DNA of 64,000 bases from positions 64,001 through 128,000 of the forward strand of contig CAVOHZ010000006.1 of the NCBI GenBank assembly GCA_963695855.1, given 5' to 3'. This document shows positions 1 to 11,548 of the stretch, piece by piece. The stretch comes from an uncultured Nitrososphaerales archaeon. Its GTDB lineage: Archaea > Thermoproteota > Nitrososphaeria > Nitrososphaerales > Nitrososphaeraceae. Numbering within the stretch: position 1 is the stretch's first letter; every line of letters starts with the position of its first letter. The notes under the pieces were generated by a model. It was not told the DNA's origin. It was given only the letters and a program-made list of their open reading frames with translations, and did no database searches. A program made the translations under genes and the position numbers.

Positions 1-583
1 CCTTTATCGCGCGATTCATCATCTCGGTATCTCTACCACCATTTGTTTGAAGGCGAACGATATCTCGTATTGTAACTTTATTTTCATCACTTTTTATTAA
101 TTCAATTTTATCTTCTACCCCAATTTCTCCTTCTTGTGCAACCTTGAAATATATTCCTGAACGTTCACTTGCCATGAACCTACGTATTATATCCATTCTG
201 CCAAATCTTACAGCAAGTTTATAGCATGGCATGCGAGGTTGTGTAGCAATTACCTTTGCAGATCCGATTTGAAATTGATCACCTATATTGACTAGATCCT
301 CAAGTAAACCTTCTGTTGTAAGATTTTCTCCAAATGTTCCCCAAGAATATTCAAAATCTTTTATCTCCTTTTTCCAGAACATGTAATGTTCTGATGGGTA
401 CGAATATACTGCTTTGTCTATGCCACCATGTACCGTCAAATCTGCTTGCTTGTCTCCTTCCAAATTTAGCTTGTAGAGATTGATTCTATGTTTGATTGGA
501 TTTTTAAAAATAGCCGTAGTAACAATTTCTTTACCAAAATTTACTTTTATTGGAAGTCCGACATTTACAGATATAACCTTCAT
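1..583 (-). CDS. MOSC domain protein (YiiM-like), 3' end outside window
   Basis: Manual translation from ATG at 583: MKVISVNVGLP...TTAIFK...LEGDKQADLTVHGGIDKAVYSY...FGENLT...QPRMPCYKL, typical YiiM/MOSC motifs. Not in the ORF track. Confidence 0.85.
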   Translation of the reverse strand, partial: MKVISVNVGLPIKVNFGKEIVTTAIFKNPIKHRINLYKLNLEGDKQADLTVHGGIDKAVYSYPSEHYMFWKKEIKDFEYSWGTFGENLTTEGLLEDLVNIGDQFQIGSAKVIATQPRMPCYKLAVRFGRMDIIRRFMASERSGIYFKVAQEGEIGVEDKIELIKSDENKVTIRDIVRLQTNGGRDTEMMNRAIK

Positions 584-711
584 CTACTAATTGTTGAAGC
601 CAATAAAAGATATAAGCATATTTGTAGTATCAAATCAAAAACGCGGGAAAAATGAATTTTTAAAGTTCATAATAAATAAATAAATAATATTATGCGATTC
701 TTTTATTCATA

Positions 712-927
712 TTGACAATTAGTTTAGTGTGTAAAGAAACTGGGTTGGATTGTACCTTCGTCATTTCTGGAGATACTATAGAAGAATTTATGACAAACGG
801 TGCTCTACACATAGAAAGGGACCATGGAATGCATCCGGATGATTTTTGTTTTAAAGAGATACCCGGTATTTTTCTATGTCAAGTTTTTGGAAAATTAAAC
901 AATATTAGAACTAACCCTGCCAAATGA
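712..927 (+). CDS. DUF1059-like small metal-binding protein
   Basis: CKETGLDCTF...HIERDHGM (Cx5-6C...HxxxxH) pattern. Confidence 0.7.
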   Translation: MTISLVCKETGLDCTFVISGDTIEEFMTNGALHIERDHGMHPDDFCFKEIPGIFLCQVFGKLNNIRTNPAK

Positions 928-1142
928 TATCGCTTAAATTTTCGAAAGGAGTAAATATGTTCTATTCTTATAGTATTTTAGTCTTCAACTTCACTTAATT
1001 TTATTTTTAATTTAGCAAATTTTACTAAATTCGAGATGTTGATCTGAGGGAGAATCGAAACAAACATAAAAAAATTTGAATATTCTAGTGAATATCGTTT
1101 TGACATTCAGTGCTGTTGGAGAGATAAGAAAAACCAGGGTTG

Positions 1143-1544
1143 CTATCTTTCATTTTTTATTGGTTGAGCAAATGATAGTTCATGTCCATCAGGATCAATT
1201 ATATGAAAATATCTCTCTCCCCAGTTAGAATCTTTAGGTTCATCTTCAATTTCAATAATTTTGGAGATAGTTGAATCATTTTTAAAGAAATCATAGAGTT
1301 TATCAACGTCCTCAGAAAAAATTATTATTCTTCCAAAATTTTTGCTTTTGAACTCGCTAGAAAACTCCAAATTAATGTGAGATCTTGAGCCGCTGTCCCT
1401 ATCAGTCATTTCAAAAGAAGTAAATGTACTATCTGGATTTCCTCCATAAGATAATTTTAGACCAGGAATTCTTGAATAGAAAACACATGCTCTGTCCATA
1501 TTTCTCACTTTTAGGGTAACAGCGGCAATTTTTTGAATTTTCAT
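1143..1544 (-). CDS. VOC/glyoxalase family protein
   Basis: VTLKVRNMDRACVFY N-terminus; WGERYFHIIDPDGHELSF C-terminus. Confidence 0.85.
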   Translation of the reverse strand: MKIQKIAAVTLKVRNMDRACVFYSRIPGLKLSYGGNPDSTFTSFEMTDRDSGSRSHINLEFSSEFKSKNFGRIIIFSEDVDKLYDFFKNDSTISKIIEIEDEPKDSNWGERYFHIIDPDGHELSFAQPIKNER

Positions 1545-1692
1545 AATTTTTTTATGTTTGTTTTTCGATCTATTATATATTTAATTTATACAAAAAATCT
1601 ATATTTTTTTTATGTAAAAATGTGTACATAATATTAAACAGCATAAATCTTACTAACTATTAATATACATTAAAAATGTACTATGTAATAGT

Positions 1693-1911
1693 ATGGGAGT
1701 AATCTTATGGATAATTGCAATTGTATTATTTTTAGCTATTATAGGTTTAGGTTGGGAAACATTTTTTACTGGAGTTGTCAAGGGTGCCGACAAGATAGGC
1801 ATTACCCCAATAATTAAAAATATTACGGATAGTACGAGAGGTACCATCAACGAGGTATTCTCCAATTCTTCACAAGCCACCATTGAAAATACCTTGACCT
1901 TTAATAGCTAG
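1693..1911 (+). CDS. Small membrane protein
   Basis: N-terminal TM helix followed by GWETFFTGVVKGADK; plausible ATG start. Confidence 0.6.
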   Translation: MGVILWIIAIVLFLAIIGLGWETFFTGVVKGADKIGITPIIKNITDSTRGTINEVFSNSSQATIENTLTFNS

Positions 1912-2029
1912 TAATGCATATACCAGTTTATGGGACTACAAAAAATCTTTTAGAGTTATTTATTATCAACTTGTTATTAGCATAATCTTTTAGTTTCATT
2001 TATTTTTAAATAATAAATTCCCCTTTTGC

Positions 2030-4627
2030 CTAAACAAAAGTTCGATATACATCTTCAATAGCAACCAACTCTTCTGTTGTTTCGTTATTTTTCAGTCGGC
2101 CTAATATCTCCAAAGCTGCTTTTTTATGTAAATATTCATTGTTATTTCCGCATCTATACGAATAGGTGCATCTTGGACAACCATCCTCATTCTCGCACGG
2201 ACATTCATTTATGATGTTATGTGCACGTATTACTGCCTGTTCAAATCTATCATACAGGCTCTTACTTGCACCATTTCCTCCAATGCTTCCATCATGAACA
2301 ACAATAATTCCTGAATTGCCTAGTGAAATTCCCCCTAAATCTTGTGATGCGCCGCCAGTTATCATCGAACTTCCTTCTATAATTACATGTTCTGTAGCAT
2401 GATACCCGCTTGTTTCTACCAATTCCTTGTCCCTTATTTGTTCCAAGATTGTTAAGGGTCTGGGAGCTTTAAATATAAAACCTTTAGTAACATATTCAAA
2501 AATTTCTGGATTTTCAAATAATACTTTTTTACCTTGATTTATTTCTTTTCCAATTTCTATATTTGAGTATCCAGTTACTCTTTTTAGGATTTTTAGTAAA
2601 CAATACTTTAATTGTATTCCATATACATTCTTTTGTTCAATAATTTCAAGAATTTCTGGGATCTCTTCTACCATTGCTTTAGTGTAATATGGATAATTCG
2701 AAGGAATCATTTCAACTTCAGCAAAACTTCTTTCTGATCTATTGTCTAAAACGAATATATCTACCTTGTATCTTTTTCCAGCTATGAAATATATTGCATC
2801 CTTATGTAATTCTTCTAGCGCATACGGTAAATTCCTATACCCAACTACTTTACCATCAAAAATGATGTCAATTTCTTTTCCTGTACCTCTTATACTGTAG
2901 TTTTTTAATTTTAAAAACGATTTACTGTTTGTGATATATCTGTCATCTTTTAGATCTATCAATCCTTCTTTTACTAACCGTTTTATTGCTTCTGACATTT
3001 TTTTTGATTCCGATAAAGAGATTGGTCGATCAGAACACATTGCTAAAATCTGATTTTCTTCAATTATAGGGTTGTGTGGATCAATATAAGGATATTCATA
3101 GTCACAAAAATAATCCTCAGGGTGATTCTTATAATACTGACTTATTGGATCATTTCCCAGTGTAAGAAAAGCAAATCCCTCTTGTCCACTTCTAGCAGCT
3201 CTTCCTAATCTCTGTAATAATCTGTTAATGGGAACAAGATTAGATATTACTGAATCTACATCCCCTATGTCTATTCCTAATTCTAATGTTGGTGTGGAGG
3301 ATAAGACATCCAATTTGCCGGATCTGAAAGAATTCTCCATGATTTTCCTAACCTTTGGTAAAAGACCAGCCCTATGTACTCCTATTTTTATCCCTAATCT
3401 TGAGGAATTGAATGCCAAAAGTTCAGCGGAAATATGAGAATTACTAAAGACTAAAGTTTTATGTTTTTTTGATATTTTTCTTATAAGGTCCAATCTTAAA
3501 GACCTATTTGACCTTAAAGATGGATAAATAATTGAAAAATTTATCACACCTTTTCTTCCAGTCCCTTTGATAATTTCCATTTTTCTGTCAAATAACTGGT
3601 TACAAAATTCATTAGCGTTAGGCAATGTTGCTGAACAAGCTATTATCTGCAATTTTTCTTTACTTGATAATATTCTTTCAAGTCTCTTTATTATAAAGTA
3701 GATATTTGACCCAAAAACACCATTATATGTATGGACTTCATCTACAACCAGGAATTTTATAGTTTTAAATAGATTTACAAATCTAGTTTTATTTAAGAGA
3801 TGGTAATGCATCATATCAAAATTAGTTATTAAGATCTCTGGAGGCTGATCATAAATTGCCTGTTTTTCGGATTCATCAAGGTCTCCATCAAATATTTTTG
3901 ATTCGATATCAAGTTCATTTGCATAGTAATTTATTTTCTGAAACTGGTCTCTTCCAAGCGCTTTTGTAGGATAAACAAATATCGCTGAAACTTTATTGGC
4001 GGGCAGATTGGTATCTTTTTTTATTTTTTTTAAAAAAATTTTCTCATGATTACCTTTCAAAAGATTATCATCATAAATTTTTTGAATAACAGGAAGACAG
4101 AAGGATTCAGTTTTCCCTGAGGCGGTTGGCGCAATTATAACAATATCTTTTCCCCGAAGAATTTTTACGATAGCATCCTCCTGAAATTTAAATAGTTTAT
4201 TTATATCTTTTTTACGAAGTTGTTCTAATAAAATGTCACATAACGGTAATTCCTCTAATTCTTTTCCATCTTGAATGTCTGAATCTATAAGTTTTCTTAT
4301 GTCTACAATGTAGTCAGTTTCAGAATTCAAGATGTTGTTTATTAATTCATTGGTAAAATTATTTTTTTCAATCATTTCTTTGATCTCATTTTTTGATCTA
4401 ACCAGTTTTTCCTGTTCAAGAATTGCTTTAAAATCTTTCATTAAAGTAACTGAACCAGTATCAAACCGTTCCAAGAAATCTAGGTATGTCTCGTCTAAAT
4501 CTACATTAAATGGAATAACGCAGCAAACATCACATTTTTCACAGATAAACAATATTCTTCCATCAAAAATCCTCTCTGTTTTGATTGAATTAATTGTGGA
4601 ACAATTGGGACATCGATATTTATTCAC
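2030..4627 (-). CDS. DEAD/DEAH-box helicase with C-terminal Zn-binding DUF1998 (Hrq1/MrfA-like)
   Basis: APTASGKT, YPTKAL, DEVH, SAT, TPTLELGIDIG, QRLGRAAR; C-terminal CPCENEDGCPRC; N-terminal CxxC pairs. Confidence 0.9.
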   Translation of the reverse strand: MNKYRCPNCSTINSIKTERIFDGRILFICEKCDVCCVIPFNVDLDETYLDFLERFDTGSVTLMKDFKAILEQEKLVRSKNEIKEMIEKNNFTNELINNILNSETDYIVDIRKLIDSDIQDGKELEELPLCDILLEQLRKKDINKLFKFQEDAIVKILRGKDIVIIAPTASGKTESFCLPVIQKIYDDNLLKGNHEKIFLKKIKKDTNLPANKVSAIFVYPTKALGRDQFQKINYYANELDIESKIFDGDLDESEKQAIYDQPPEILITNFDMMHYHLLNKTRFVNLFKTIKFLVVDEVHTYNGVFGSNIYFIIKRLERILSSKEKLQIIACSATLPNANEFCNQLFDRKMEIIKGTGRKGVINFSIIYPSLRSNRSLRLDLIRKISKKHKTLVFSNSHISAELLAFNSSRLGIKIGVHRAGLLPKVRKIMENSFRSGKLDVLSSTPTLELGIDIGDVDSVISNLVPINRLLQRLGRAARSGQEGFAFLTLGNDPISQYYKNHPEDYFCDYEYPYIDPHNPIIEENQILAMCSDRPISLSESKKMSEAIKRLVKEGLIDLKDDRYITNSKSFLKLKNYSIRGTGKEIDIIFDGKVVGYRNLPYALEELHKDAIYFIAGKRYKVDIFVLDNRSERSFAEVEMIPSNYPYYTKAMVEEIPEILEIIEQKNVYGIQLKYCLLKILKRVTGYSNIEIGKEINQGKKVLFENPEIFEYVTKGFIFKAPRPLTILEQIRDKELVETSGYHATEHVIIEGSSMITGGASQDLGGISLGNSGIIVVHDGSIGGNGASKSLYDRFEQAVIRAHNIINECPCENEDGCPRCTYSYRCGNNNEYLHKKAALEILGRLKNNETTEELVAIEDVYRTFV

Positions 4628-4731
4628 TAATTTAACACATAAACTATCTGGTAAATCTATTATTTTATTTTTTATTGATAATATTCGTAATGATAAATAA
4701 AATAAGGAAAAATGTAAAATGCGTTATTATT

Positions 4732-4893
4732 ATGAATGATAGGAATTACCAAAAGAAAAAAAATATAGTCGAGAAATTCATAAAGAAAAATAAGACCATT
4801 GATCATTCAAAAATCTTAAACGAAATAGATGTAGATTATGATACCTTGATGAGGATATTGTCAGATCTAAGGAGCGAGGGTAAAGTAAGCTGA
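4732..4893 (+). CDS. Small hypothetical protein, possible winged-helix
   Basis: ORF track gives 4675..4893; the in-frame ATG at 4732 (MNDRNYQ) is the more likely start. Confidence 0.5.
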   Translation: MNDRNYQKKKNIVEKFIKKNKTIDHSKILNEIDVDYDTLMRILSDLRSEGKVS

Positions 4894-5021
4894 TATAAAT
4901 TTCATAGTTACCTATACAAGGAAAACAACCAAACCAAAAAACCTATAATATTTTGTCTGCCAATTTTTGAATATCATTTTTAATATTGATTCTACTTTAG
5001 GTGACTCTATTGGTGGTGCAA

Positions 5022-5798
5022 TCACTTAAATGATGATCTTACTATAGGATTGACAAAATAAGGAAATGTATGTTTGAGCCAAACTGCAGATCGCGCAAAA
5101 AAAGGAACAACTATTTCAAGTCTTTGTGAGTTGCTAGCCTGCATGACAGCTTTGGATACTTTTTTAGGATCAAGAACATATCCTATTTTATGGGGCATTT
5201 TCCCCTTAAATGAATCGTTATCAAAAAAGTTAGTTCTAACCGCTACTGGACTAACAACTGTAATTCCAACTCCCGTACCTTTTAATTCATGATATAGAGA
5301 TTCTGAAAAACCTAACATCGCAAATTTTGACCCGCAGTAAGCTGCCATTCCAGGTATGCCAAAACTAGCGGCTAATGATGCCACATTTACAATATGTCCA
5401 GATCCATTTTTGATCATCGAAGTGAGAAATACCTTGGTACAGTATATCATACCCAAATAATTTGTAAATGTTACTTGTTCAATTTCTTCTAAGGTCTGTT
5501 CCAAAACTGTTCCATATCGTCCAAATCCTGCGTTGTTTACAAGAATATCTACATGATTGTATTTCTCTTCTATCTCCTTTCCCATTTCGATGACTTCATT
5601 TTTTTTTGAGATGTCACAGGGATAAATTCTGGTTTCACATTTTGGGTTTAGTAATTTTTCTACTCTCTCTAGATTGGTTTTTGATCGAGATACTAAAACT
5701 ATAGTTTCTACACCATTGTTTGAAAAGTCGATTGCTACTTGTTTTCCAATTCCAGACGATGCACCTGTAACAATAACTTTCTTATCTTTGAAATACAT
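5022..5798 (-). CDS. Short-chain dehydrogenase/reductase
   Basis: TGASSGIG, NNAG, YCGSK. Confidence 0.92.
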   Translation of the reverse strand: MYFKDKKVIVTGASSGIGKQVAIDFSNNGVETIVLVSRSKTNLERVEKLLNPKCETRIYPCDISKKNEVIEMGKEIEEKYNHVDILVNNAGFGRYGTVLEQTLEEIEQVTFTNYLGMIYCTKVFLTSMIKNGSGHIVNVASLAASFGIPGMAAYCGSKFAMLGFSESLYHELKGTGVGITVVSPVAVRTNFFDNDSFKGKMPHKIGYVLDPKKVSKAVMQASNSQRLEIVVPFFARSAVWLKHTFPYFVNPIVRSSFK

Positions 5799-6110
5799 CT
5801 ATATTAACACTATAAATAAACTATTAAAAAGTCTTGAATCTTTAAATTCTGGTTCATAATTTTAATAGTTGTTTAGATGAGATCTTTATTAATGAATCAC
5901 TATTATTTATATAATTATCGTATAATGAAATGAACTTTTTGTAAGGAGACAGATTGTACTCTAATGACTTGCTTCTTGAACAATCTTAACAAATATAGTT
6001 TTAAAGGATCGTTTCTTATGGTAATATTACACTACTATTATCTTGGGTTAGATAACCATAAAAAGAACCCAAAAAACTAAAATATTATCATTATAATCTA
6101 ATATCAGGAA

Positions 6111-7355
6111 TTGCTATTGTTAGATGAAAATAAGCCTACAGACGAGGATGATTCTCCTTCCTTAGAAGGCACTGGTGATGATGCTGAAGATATAACTAAA
6201 ATTCCTAGTTCATCTGTCACTGGATCTGTCGGTGTATCTGTCAGTGGGCCGAATAATGGAGAAAGAGAGGAATACATGAGGGCTTTAAGACATCTGGATA
6301 AGCTTTTAGCATTTAATCCTAGTGACCCTGGAACATATTTTGATAAAGGATTTATCTTAGAAATTCTTGAGAAATTTGAAGATGCAATAAAATCCTTTGA
6401 TCATGCATTAAAAATAAAACCCAATTATTTTCAAGCCCTATATAGAAAAGGTTTAGTATTATCTCGCCTGCAGAATTATGATGATGCAATAAAATGCTTT
6501 GACCAAGCCTTAGAAATAAAACCAGACGACATCAATGTATTAAATAATAAAGGTTCTACATTTAATAAAATGGGTTTGTATAAAGAAGCTTCAAATATAT
6601 ATGACGAATCTCTGAAGGTAAAACCAGATGATATTACTGCGTTAAACAACAAAGGAGTTGCCTTAATAAGCCTGAACAAGATTCACGAAGCAATAGACTC
6701 TTATGATAAGGCACTAAGTGTAAAACCCAACGATATTACCGCATTAACTAACAAAGGAATTGCACTGGCATCACTTGGAAGATACGATGATGCAATATAT
6801 TATTATGATATGGCTCTGAACGTAAAACCCAACGATATTACCGCATTAACTAACAAGGGAGTTGCCCTGTCGTCACTTGGAAGATACGATGATGCAATAT
6901 ATTATTATGATTCTGCGTTATCTTTTGATTCTAACTCTGCTAATCTTTATTTTAATAAAGGTCTAGCTTTGACTCATGCTGGAAATCATTCCGAAGCAAT
7001 ACAATGCTATGACATGGCAATTAGTATAAAGAATGACTATATAGATGCATATTATAACAAAGCGATATCTTTATCAGAACTTGGCAGGTTTGAAGAAGCG
7101 ATAAGATCCTATGATCAAGTCTTGTATATATCATATGATTATGTATATGCTTATTATGGAAAAGGATATTCGTTGGATTGCTTAGAACGATATGAAGAAG
7201 CTATTCAATGTTATGACGAAGCAATTAGAATCGAACCCGCTTATCTACATGCTTATTATCGTAAGGCAGAGGGCCTTGGAAAACTAGGAAAAGCTGATGA
7301 AGCCGATAAAATAATTAAAAGGGCTAAAGAAATAGAGTCAAGGGAGTCTAATTGA
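6111..7355 (+). CDS. Tetratricopeptide repeat protein
   Basis: About 10 tandem 34-aa TPRs (NKGxAL...EAIxxYDxAL) after an acidic N-terminus. Confidence 0.92.
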   Translation: MLLLDENKPTDEDDSPSLEGTGDDAEDITKIPSSSVTGSVGVSVSGPNNGEREEYMRALRHLDKLLAFNPSDPGTYFDKGFILEILEKFEDAIKSFDHALKIKPNYFQALYRKGLVLSRLQNYDDAIKCFDQALEIKPDDINVLNNKGSTFNKMGLYKEASNIYDESLKVKPDDITALNNKGVALISLNKIHEAIDSYDKALSVKPNDITALTNKGIALASLGRYDDAIYYYDMALNVKPNDITALTNKGVALSSLGRYDDAIYYYDSALSFDSNSANLYFNKGLALTHAGNHSEAIQCYDMAISIKNDYIDAYYNKAISLSELGRFEEAIRSYDQVLYISYDYVYAYYGKGYSLDCLERYEEAIQCYDEAIRIEPAYLHAYYRKAEGLGKLGKADEADKIIKRAKEIESRESN

Positions 7356-7469
7356 TAACCTTTCAATCCCAAATACGGCATCTTATTTTCTTTTCTCTTT
7401 AAATAAAATGATTGAAATTATACTGCATACTATATAATGCATTATCAACTAATATCAGATTTCTTACAG

Positions 7470-8063
7470 CTATTTTACTTCAATTTTATACTCGTATTTT
7501 AGTGGTTGTGGCAAAAAGGTATTGTCAAAATCTATTCCAGTAATTTCAGCCACCAATCTGTATTCTCCGGTGCTACTAAAAATGGGACCTTCTATCTTTA
7601 TAGGACTACCAAAGTCAGAAACATAGCTTGCTGCTAGGGTATCATAATTTGCGCTAACATGGTATCTTTCTATATTGTTATTGATGAATTCAATGTTGAT
7701 ATCGCCATTATGTCCGTGAAGATTTTCAATCATTAAATTTTTATTTTTGTCATCGTAGATGCTTATAATGTATGTAACATGTGGAATATTGTTTCCTGTT
7801 TTATTGTCTATCAGTGCTAAACTGACTTTTCCTTTTTCCGATACTGTGAATGTGGGATTATTGAATTTTAAAAAAAGTTCTCTATCTCCTATAATTGAAG
7901 GAGGTAAATTATGACCATCACCTCCACCACCATGCATTTGTCCAAAAACATCATTAAAGAATCCTGGATAATTGATTAATATTGAATTTATCACTATTGT
8001 AAGAGTAACCGTGAACATGATCCTACTGAAACTCGATTTTTTTAAATCTAAGAGCTCATTCAT
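7470..8063 (-). CDS. Exported thaumarchaeal hypothetical protein
   Basis: Signal/TM segment, then HGGGGD...HVTY...HGHNG...IEGPIF pattern reminiscent of thaumarchaeal surface proteins. Confidence 0.6.
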   Translation of the reverse strand: MNELLDLKKSSFSRIMFTVTLTIVINSILINYPGFFNDVFGQMHGGGGDGHNLPPSIIGDRELFLKFNNPTFTVSEKGKVSLALIDNKTGNNIPHVTYIISIYDDKNKNLMIENLHGHNGDINIEFINNNIERYHVSANYDTLAASYVSDFGSPIKIEGPIFSSTGEYRLVAEITGIDFDNTFLPQPLKYEYKIEVK

Positions 8064-8221
8064 TCTCTAAAAAATCCATATTACTGTGAATATTTATACT
8101 TTAAACTAAAATAACAAAAAATAGAGCTGAATCTATGATCTTGGTTATCTCTGGTTAGTCATTTTTCTGCTTAAATACAAAGTATGAAAAAAATTTATAC
8201 ATTTGAGTTCATATATTAACA

Positions 8222-9292
8222 TTGGTCATTGATACCATAAGAACAATAAAGCTTTTAGGAAAATGGTCCACAAATAGAGTTATCGGAAAGAAACGTCCTC
8301 TAATAGCCGTCTTTAGTCTTACGCATTATTGTAATTTTTATTGTCCAATGTGTCCTTTTGGGGATCCTGATAAAATGAGTCAAATTAAGATCGCCAAACG
8401 AGACGATCTGTCTACTGAACAATGGAAAATAATTTTCGATAAAGTTTCAAAATATTGTATCTGGTCAATTATTGAAGGAGGTGAACCTACAAGTAGACCT
8501 GATTTTATGGAATTAGTTGTATATTTGTATAAATTGAGTATGCCCATCACTTTGATAACTAATTGTTCTTTATTGCATCAAATTGATTTGCTCGAATTAA
8601 AGAAATATATCCAATTTATAACTTGCAGTATCGATTCTGTATATCAAGATTCTTATTGTAAAGTAAGAGGTGTGTCGCAAGATGTTTTTGCTAGAGTCAT
8701 GAAAAATCTCCTCCTTCTTAAACATCATAATATACCTCATTATTTCAATTCGGTAATTACTAAATACAATACTGACGAATTTATCAACCAATCTTATTTT
8801 GAAAAAGCGAAAGAACTTGGTTCGAATGCAGTTTCACTCACATTTGTCGAGGATAGGTCTGATGTAGATTATTCTCTCCTGCCAGACCGTAAAACCATTG
8901 TCTCCATTTGTGAAAGTATTATTGACTATAGTAAGAAACATACCAGTCCAAAAATAATGATACCCATGGAATATTTTGAACAAATAATTGAACACGGTAG
9001 GGGAATATATGATGAATGTGGTGTTTGGAAAAGCATCTTTGTGAATGGGAATGGAACCGTACTAGTTCCGTGTTGGAAATATAACTCTCCTTCGAATACA
9101 TATAATTTGTTAGAGCAAAGTGTAGAGGAAGTGTGGGAATCTCCTCAATGGGATATTGCAAGAACCTGTAAGGATTGCAAGGTATTGGGTTGTATTTGGT
9201 ATTCATCACAACCAATCACCACCTTTGCAAAAAACTATATGAGAGGAATGTCAAATCTTATCAATCAAGAGAAATATGGAGCACTTCATTAA
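8222..9292 (+). CDS. Radical SAM protein with C-terminal SPASM/twitch-like Cys motifs (PTO1314-like)
   Basis: CNFYCPMC, EGGEP; C-terminal C...GNGTVLVPC...CKDCKVLGC. Confidence 0.88.
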   Translation: MVIDTIRTIKLLGKWSTNRVIGKKRPLIAVFSLTHYCNFYCPMCPFGDPDKMSQIKIAKRDDLSTEQWKIIFDKVSKYCIWSIIEGGEPTSRPDFMELVVYLYKLSMPITLITNCSLLHQIDLLELKKYIQFITCSIDSVYQDSYCKVRGVSQDVFARVMKNLLLLKHHNIPHYFNSVITKYNTDEFINQSYFEKAKELGSNAVSLTFVEDRSDVDYSLLPDRKTIVSICESIIDYSKKHTSPKIMIPMEYFEQIIEHGRGIYDECGVWKSIFVNGNGTVLVPCWKYNSPSNTYNLLEQSVEEVWESPQWDIARTCKDCKVLGCIWYSSQPITTFAKNYMRGMSNLINQEKYGALH

Positions 9293-9532
9293 ATTCAGAG
9301 ATATGTTGAATTATTACCATAGTATTAGACAGTAATTGATAGCATCTTCTAACAAATCATTTTATAATATGATATAACAATATTCGGAAGTATTTGTTAT
9401 CTTTATCTTAAGTAATAATGTATATACTAATGTGTCTACTGACGTAAATTCCATATTATAGATCCATAAATCTATTCTTAAATTATATTAAATAGAATTT
9501 GACAAGGTAATTAAAATTTACTTACTCTAAAA

Positions 9533-9567
9533 TGGGATAAGCCATAGTTATAAAATGGCTTATCCCA
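9533..9567. repeat. 13-bp perfect inverted repeat (hairpin)
   Basis: tgggataagccat-agttataaa-atggcttatccca in intergenic DNA between convergent genes. Confidence 0.7.
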
Positions 9568-10125
9568 ATGTGATGACTCGGTTGGTATGTGAATCATAGA
9601 CTGGGTGAGATCGAGAATATGTTCTCGAATATCAAATGGAAGTAATATTATTTAATAATTTTTGTCATTCGGTTAGAAGTGGTGTGAACCCTTTCTTCCT
9701 CAAATTTTTTCGGCGCCGAAAAATTTTATTTATCGATCAATATTTCATTTTGACATCTTGATCAAAAAGGGATAAAAAATAGTTATTTTGAATGTTTGAC
9801 TTTGTTATGATGTAAGGAGACTTTTTTTCATAGCTTTATCATCATCATCATACAAGTCTTCTGTATTCTTATTTTTCATTATTTGAATATAAACTATCTT
9901 TTTGAGTATTTTAAATTTATTCCCATAAAAATTTACAAATAAACCTTTCAATTTAAACTATGTATCTCTATATTCAGCCACTAAAACTACATGCCTTTCA
10001 GTTGAGAAACATTTGCCAAAATAGGTCTTGACATCTAACAAATATGATTTGTAGATAATACCCTAATAATTTTATCTGCTTAAATTTCGTATACAATTTG
10101 AACTTTCTCTTTTTATCTCTTCCTC

Positions 10126-10536
10126 TTACAAACCCCACTCGCTCTTTTTTTTAATATGAACTTTTACAAAAGGCGCTTCATTTTCCTTCCAAGGATCTTT
10201 ATTCACCCAAGTAAATTTTTTTTCAAAAATATCATAAATATTTTTGAATTCCTCTCCTTTCTCAATAATTGAACCAAGTCCTTGTATAAATAGAGCCTTA
10301 TTTCCATTGGTCTTATCATATACATCGATAATTATTGATATTCGATTATTTTTAAGAATATTTTTATATTTTTTAGTTTGATAATCTGTTGCAAAAAATA
10401 TGCAATTATTCCAAAAAATATAACACACAGGAACAACATGGGGAATATCGTTGTATGATGTAGCTACCCTGCAAATTTCGTTATTTTGCAAAAATTTTAT
10501 TTCTTTATTAGATAGTTTGATTCCTTCGTTTTCCAC
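10126..10536 (-). CDS. Pyridoxamine 5'-phosphate oxidase-like (split barrel) protein
   Basis: CRVAT...PHVVPV...TKKYKNILKNNRISIIID. Confidence 0.85.
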   Translation of the reverse strand: MENEGIKLSNKEIKFLQNNEICRVATSYNDIPHVVPVCYIFWNNCIFFATDYQTKKYKNILKNNRISIIIDVYDKTNGNKALFIQGLGSIIEKGEEFKNIYDIFEKKFTWVNKDPWKENEAPFVKVHIKKKSEWGL

Positions 10537-11153
10537 TTATTGTATATTGCAAATAGTTCTTTATATTCTAATACAGTTATCATCTGTATTTGTTTTGTCT
10601 ATAACGTACCAGAGCGAAAGAACATAACATTGTACGAATACAATATATGATGTTATATAAGAATTATAATATGCATATGTTATTGTACTGTCAATTATAT
10701 TCTAATATATCATTCAATAATTTCAAATTCTGAAAATAGTGTATTATAAAAAGTAAGTTACTTGTCTAACTATGTGGTAGATTAATTTCTATATTTTAGT
10801 AATATAGCTATACATATAGAATGTAAAAATAAGACATTATTCAAATCTTTATTCTTTGTTATATTGCAAAATGGGAATATATTATATTAAAAATTTTCAA
10901 CATCATTTTCTATTTTTTCATAGTTATGTCTTACATTCTATGAATCGTTATTATCTGTCAAAATCTAAGTCATAGAAGTGAGGCTAATAGGAAACACCGT
11001 CTAGATCTTCAAATAAAGTGAGTGGAATGTATATTTTTATACATAAAATTGAAATATTCATCTATCACAATATTTTCTGTTGTTATTGGAATTTATAGAG
11101 TGAATTTAGTATCAATAAAAACTTTTTTAACTGATAATTTCTCTTGTTTTTCA

Positions 11154-11435
11154 ATGGATCCTAGTAAAATCAAATGTTCTCATATCCTTTTAAAAAAACA
11201 TAGTGAGGCTTTGGAGATATTGAACAGAATAAAAAATGGAGAAAGTTTTTCTAATCTAGCTAAAGATCTTTCTATCGATAAGGCGAGTGGGAAACGTGGC
11301 GGTGACTTGGGATTTTTTAGAAAGGGAGCCATGGTGAAACCATTTGAGGATGCTGCATTTAAATTACAGAAGGGAGAGGTATCCGAACCTGTAAAAACCG
11401 AATTTGGATATCACATCATAAAAAGGATAAGCTAG
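11154..11435 (+). CDS. Parvulin-type peptidyl-prolyl isomerase
   Basis: CSHILLK, GGDLGFF, MVKPFEDAAF, EPVKTEFGYHII; start reset to ATG 11154. Confidence 0.92.
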   Translation: MDPSKIKCSHILLKKHSEALEILNRIKNGESFSNLAKDLSIDKASGKRGGDLGFFRKGAMVKPFEDAAFKLQKGEVSEPVKTEFGYHIIKRIS

Positions 11436-11548
11436 TCTAAAAAGAAGTTCTTAGTTTACTATGTAACAACGTCTTGTCCTTTTTGAAATAAATTTATGTT
11501 ATACTGTAATCAATAAATTATACAAACATTTCTTTATGAAGATTTAAT

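Noticed and set aside
6720-6912. 102-bp near-identical internal repeat
   Set aside because: Ordinary duplication of one TPR unit.
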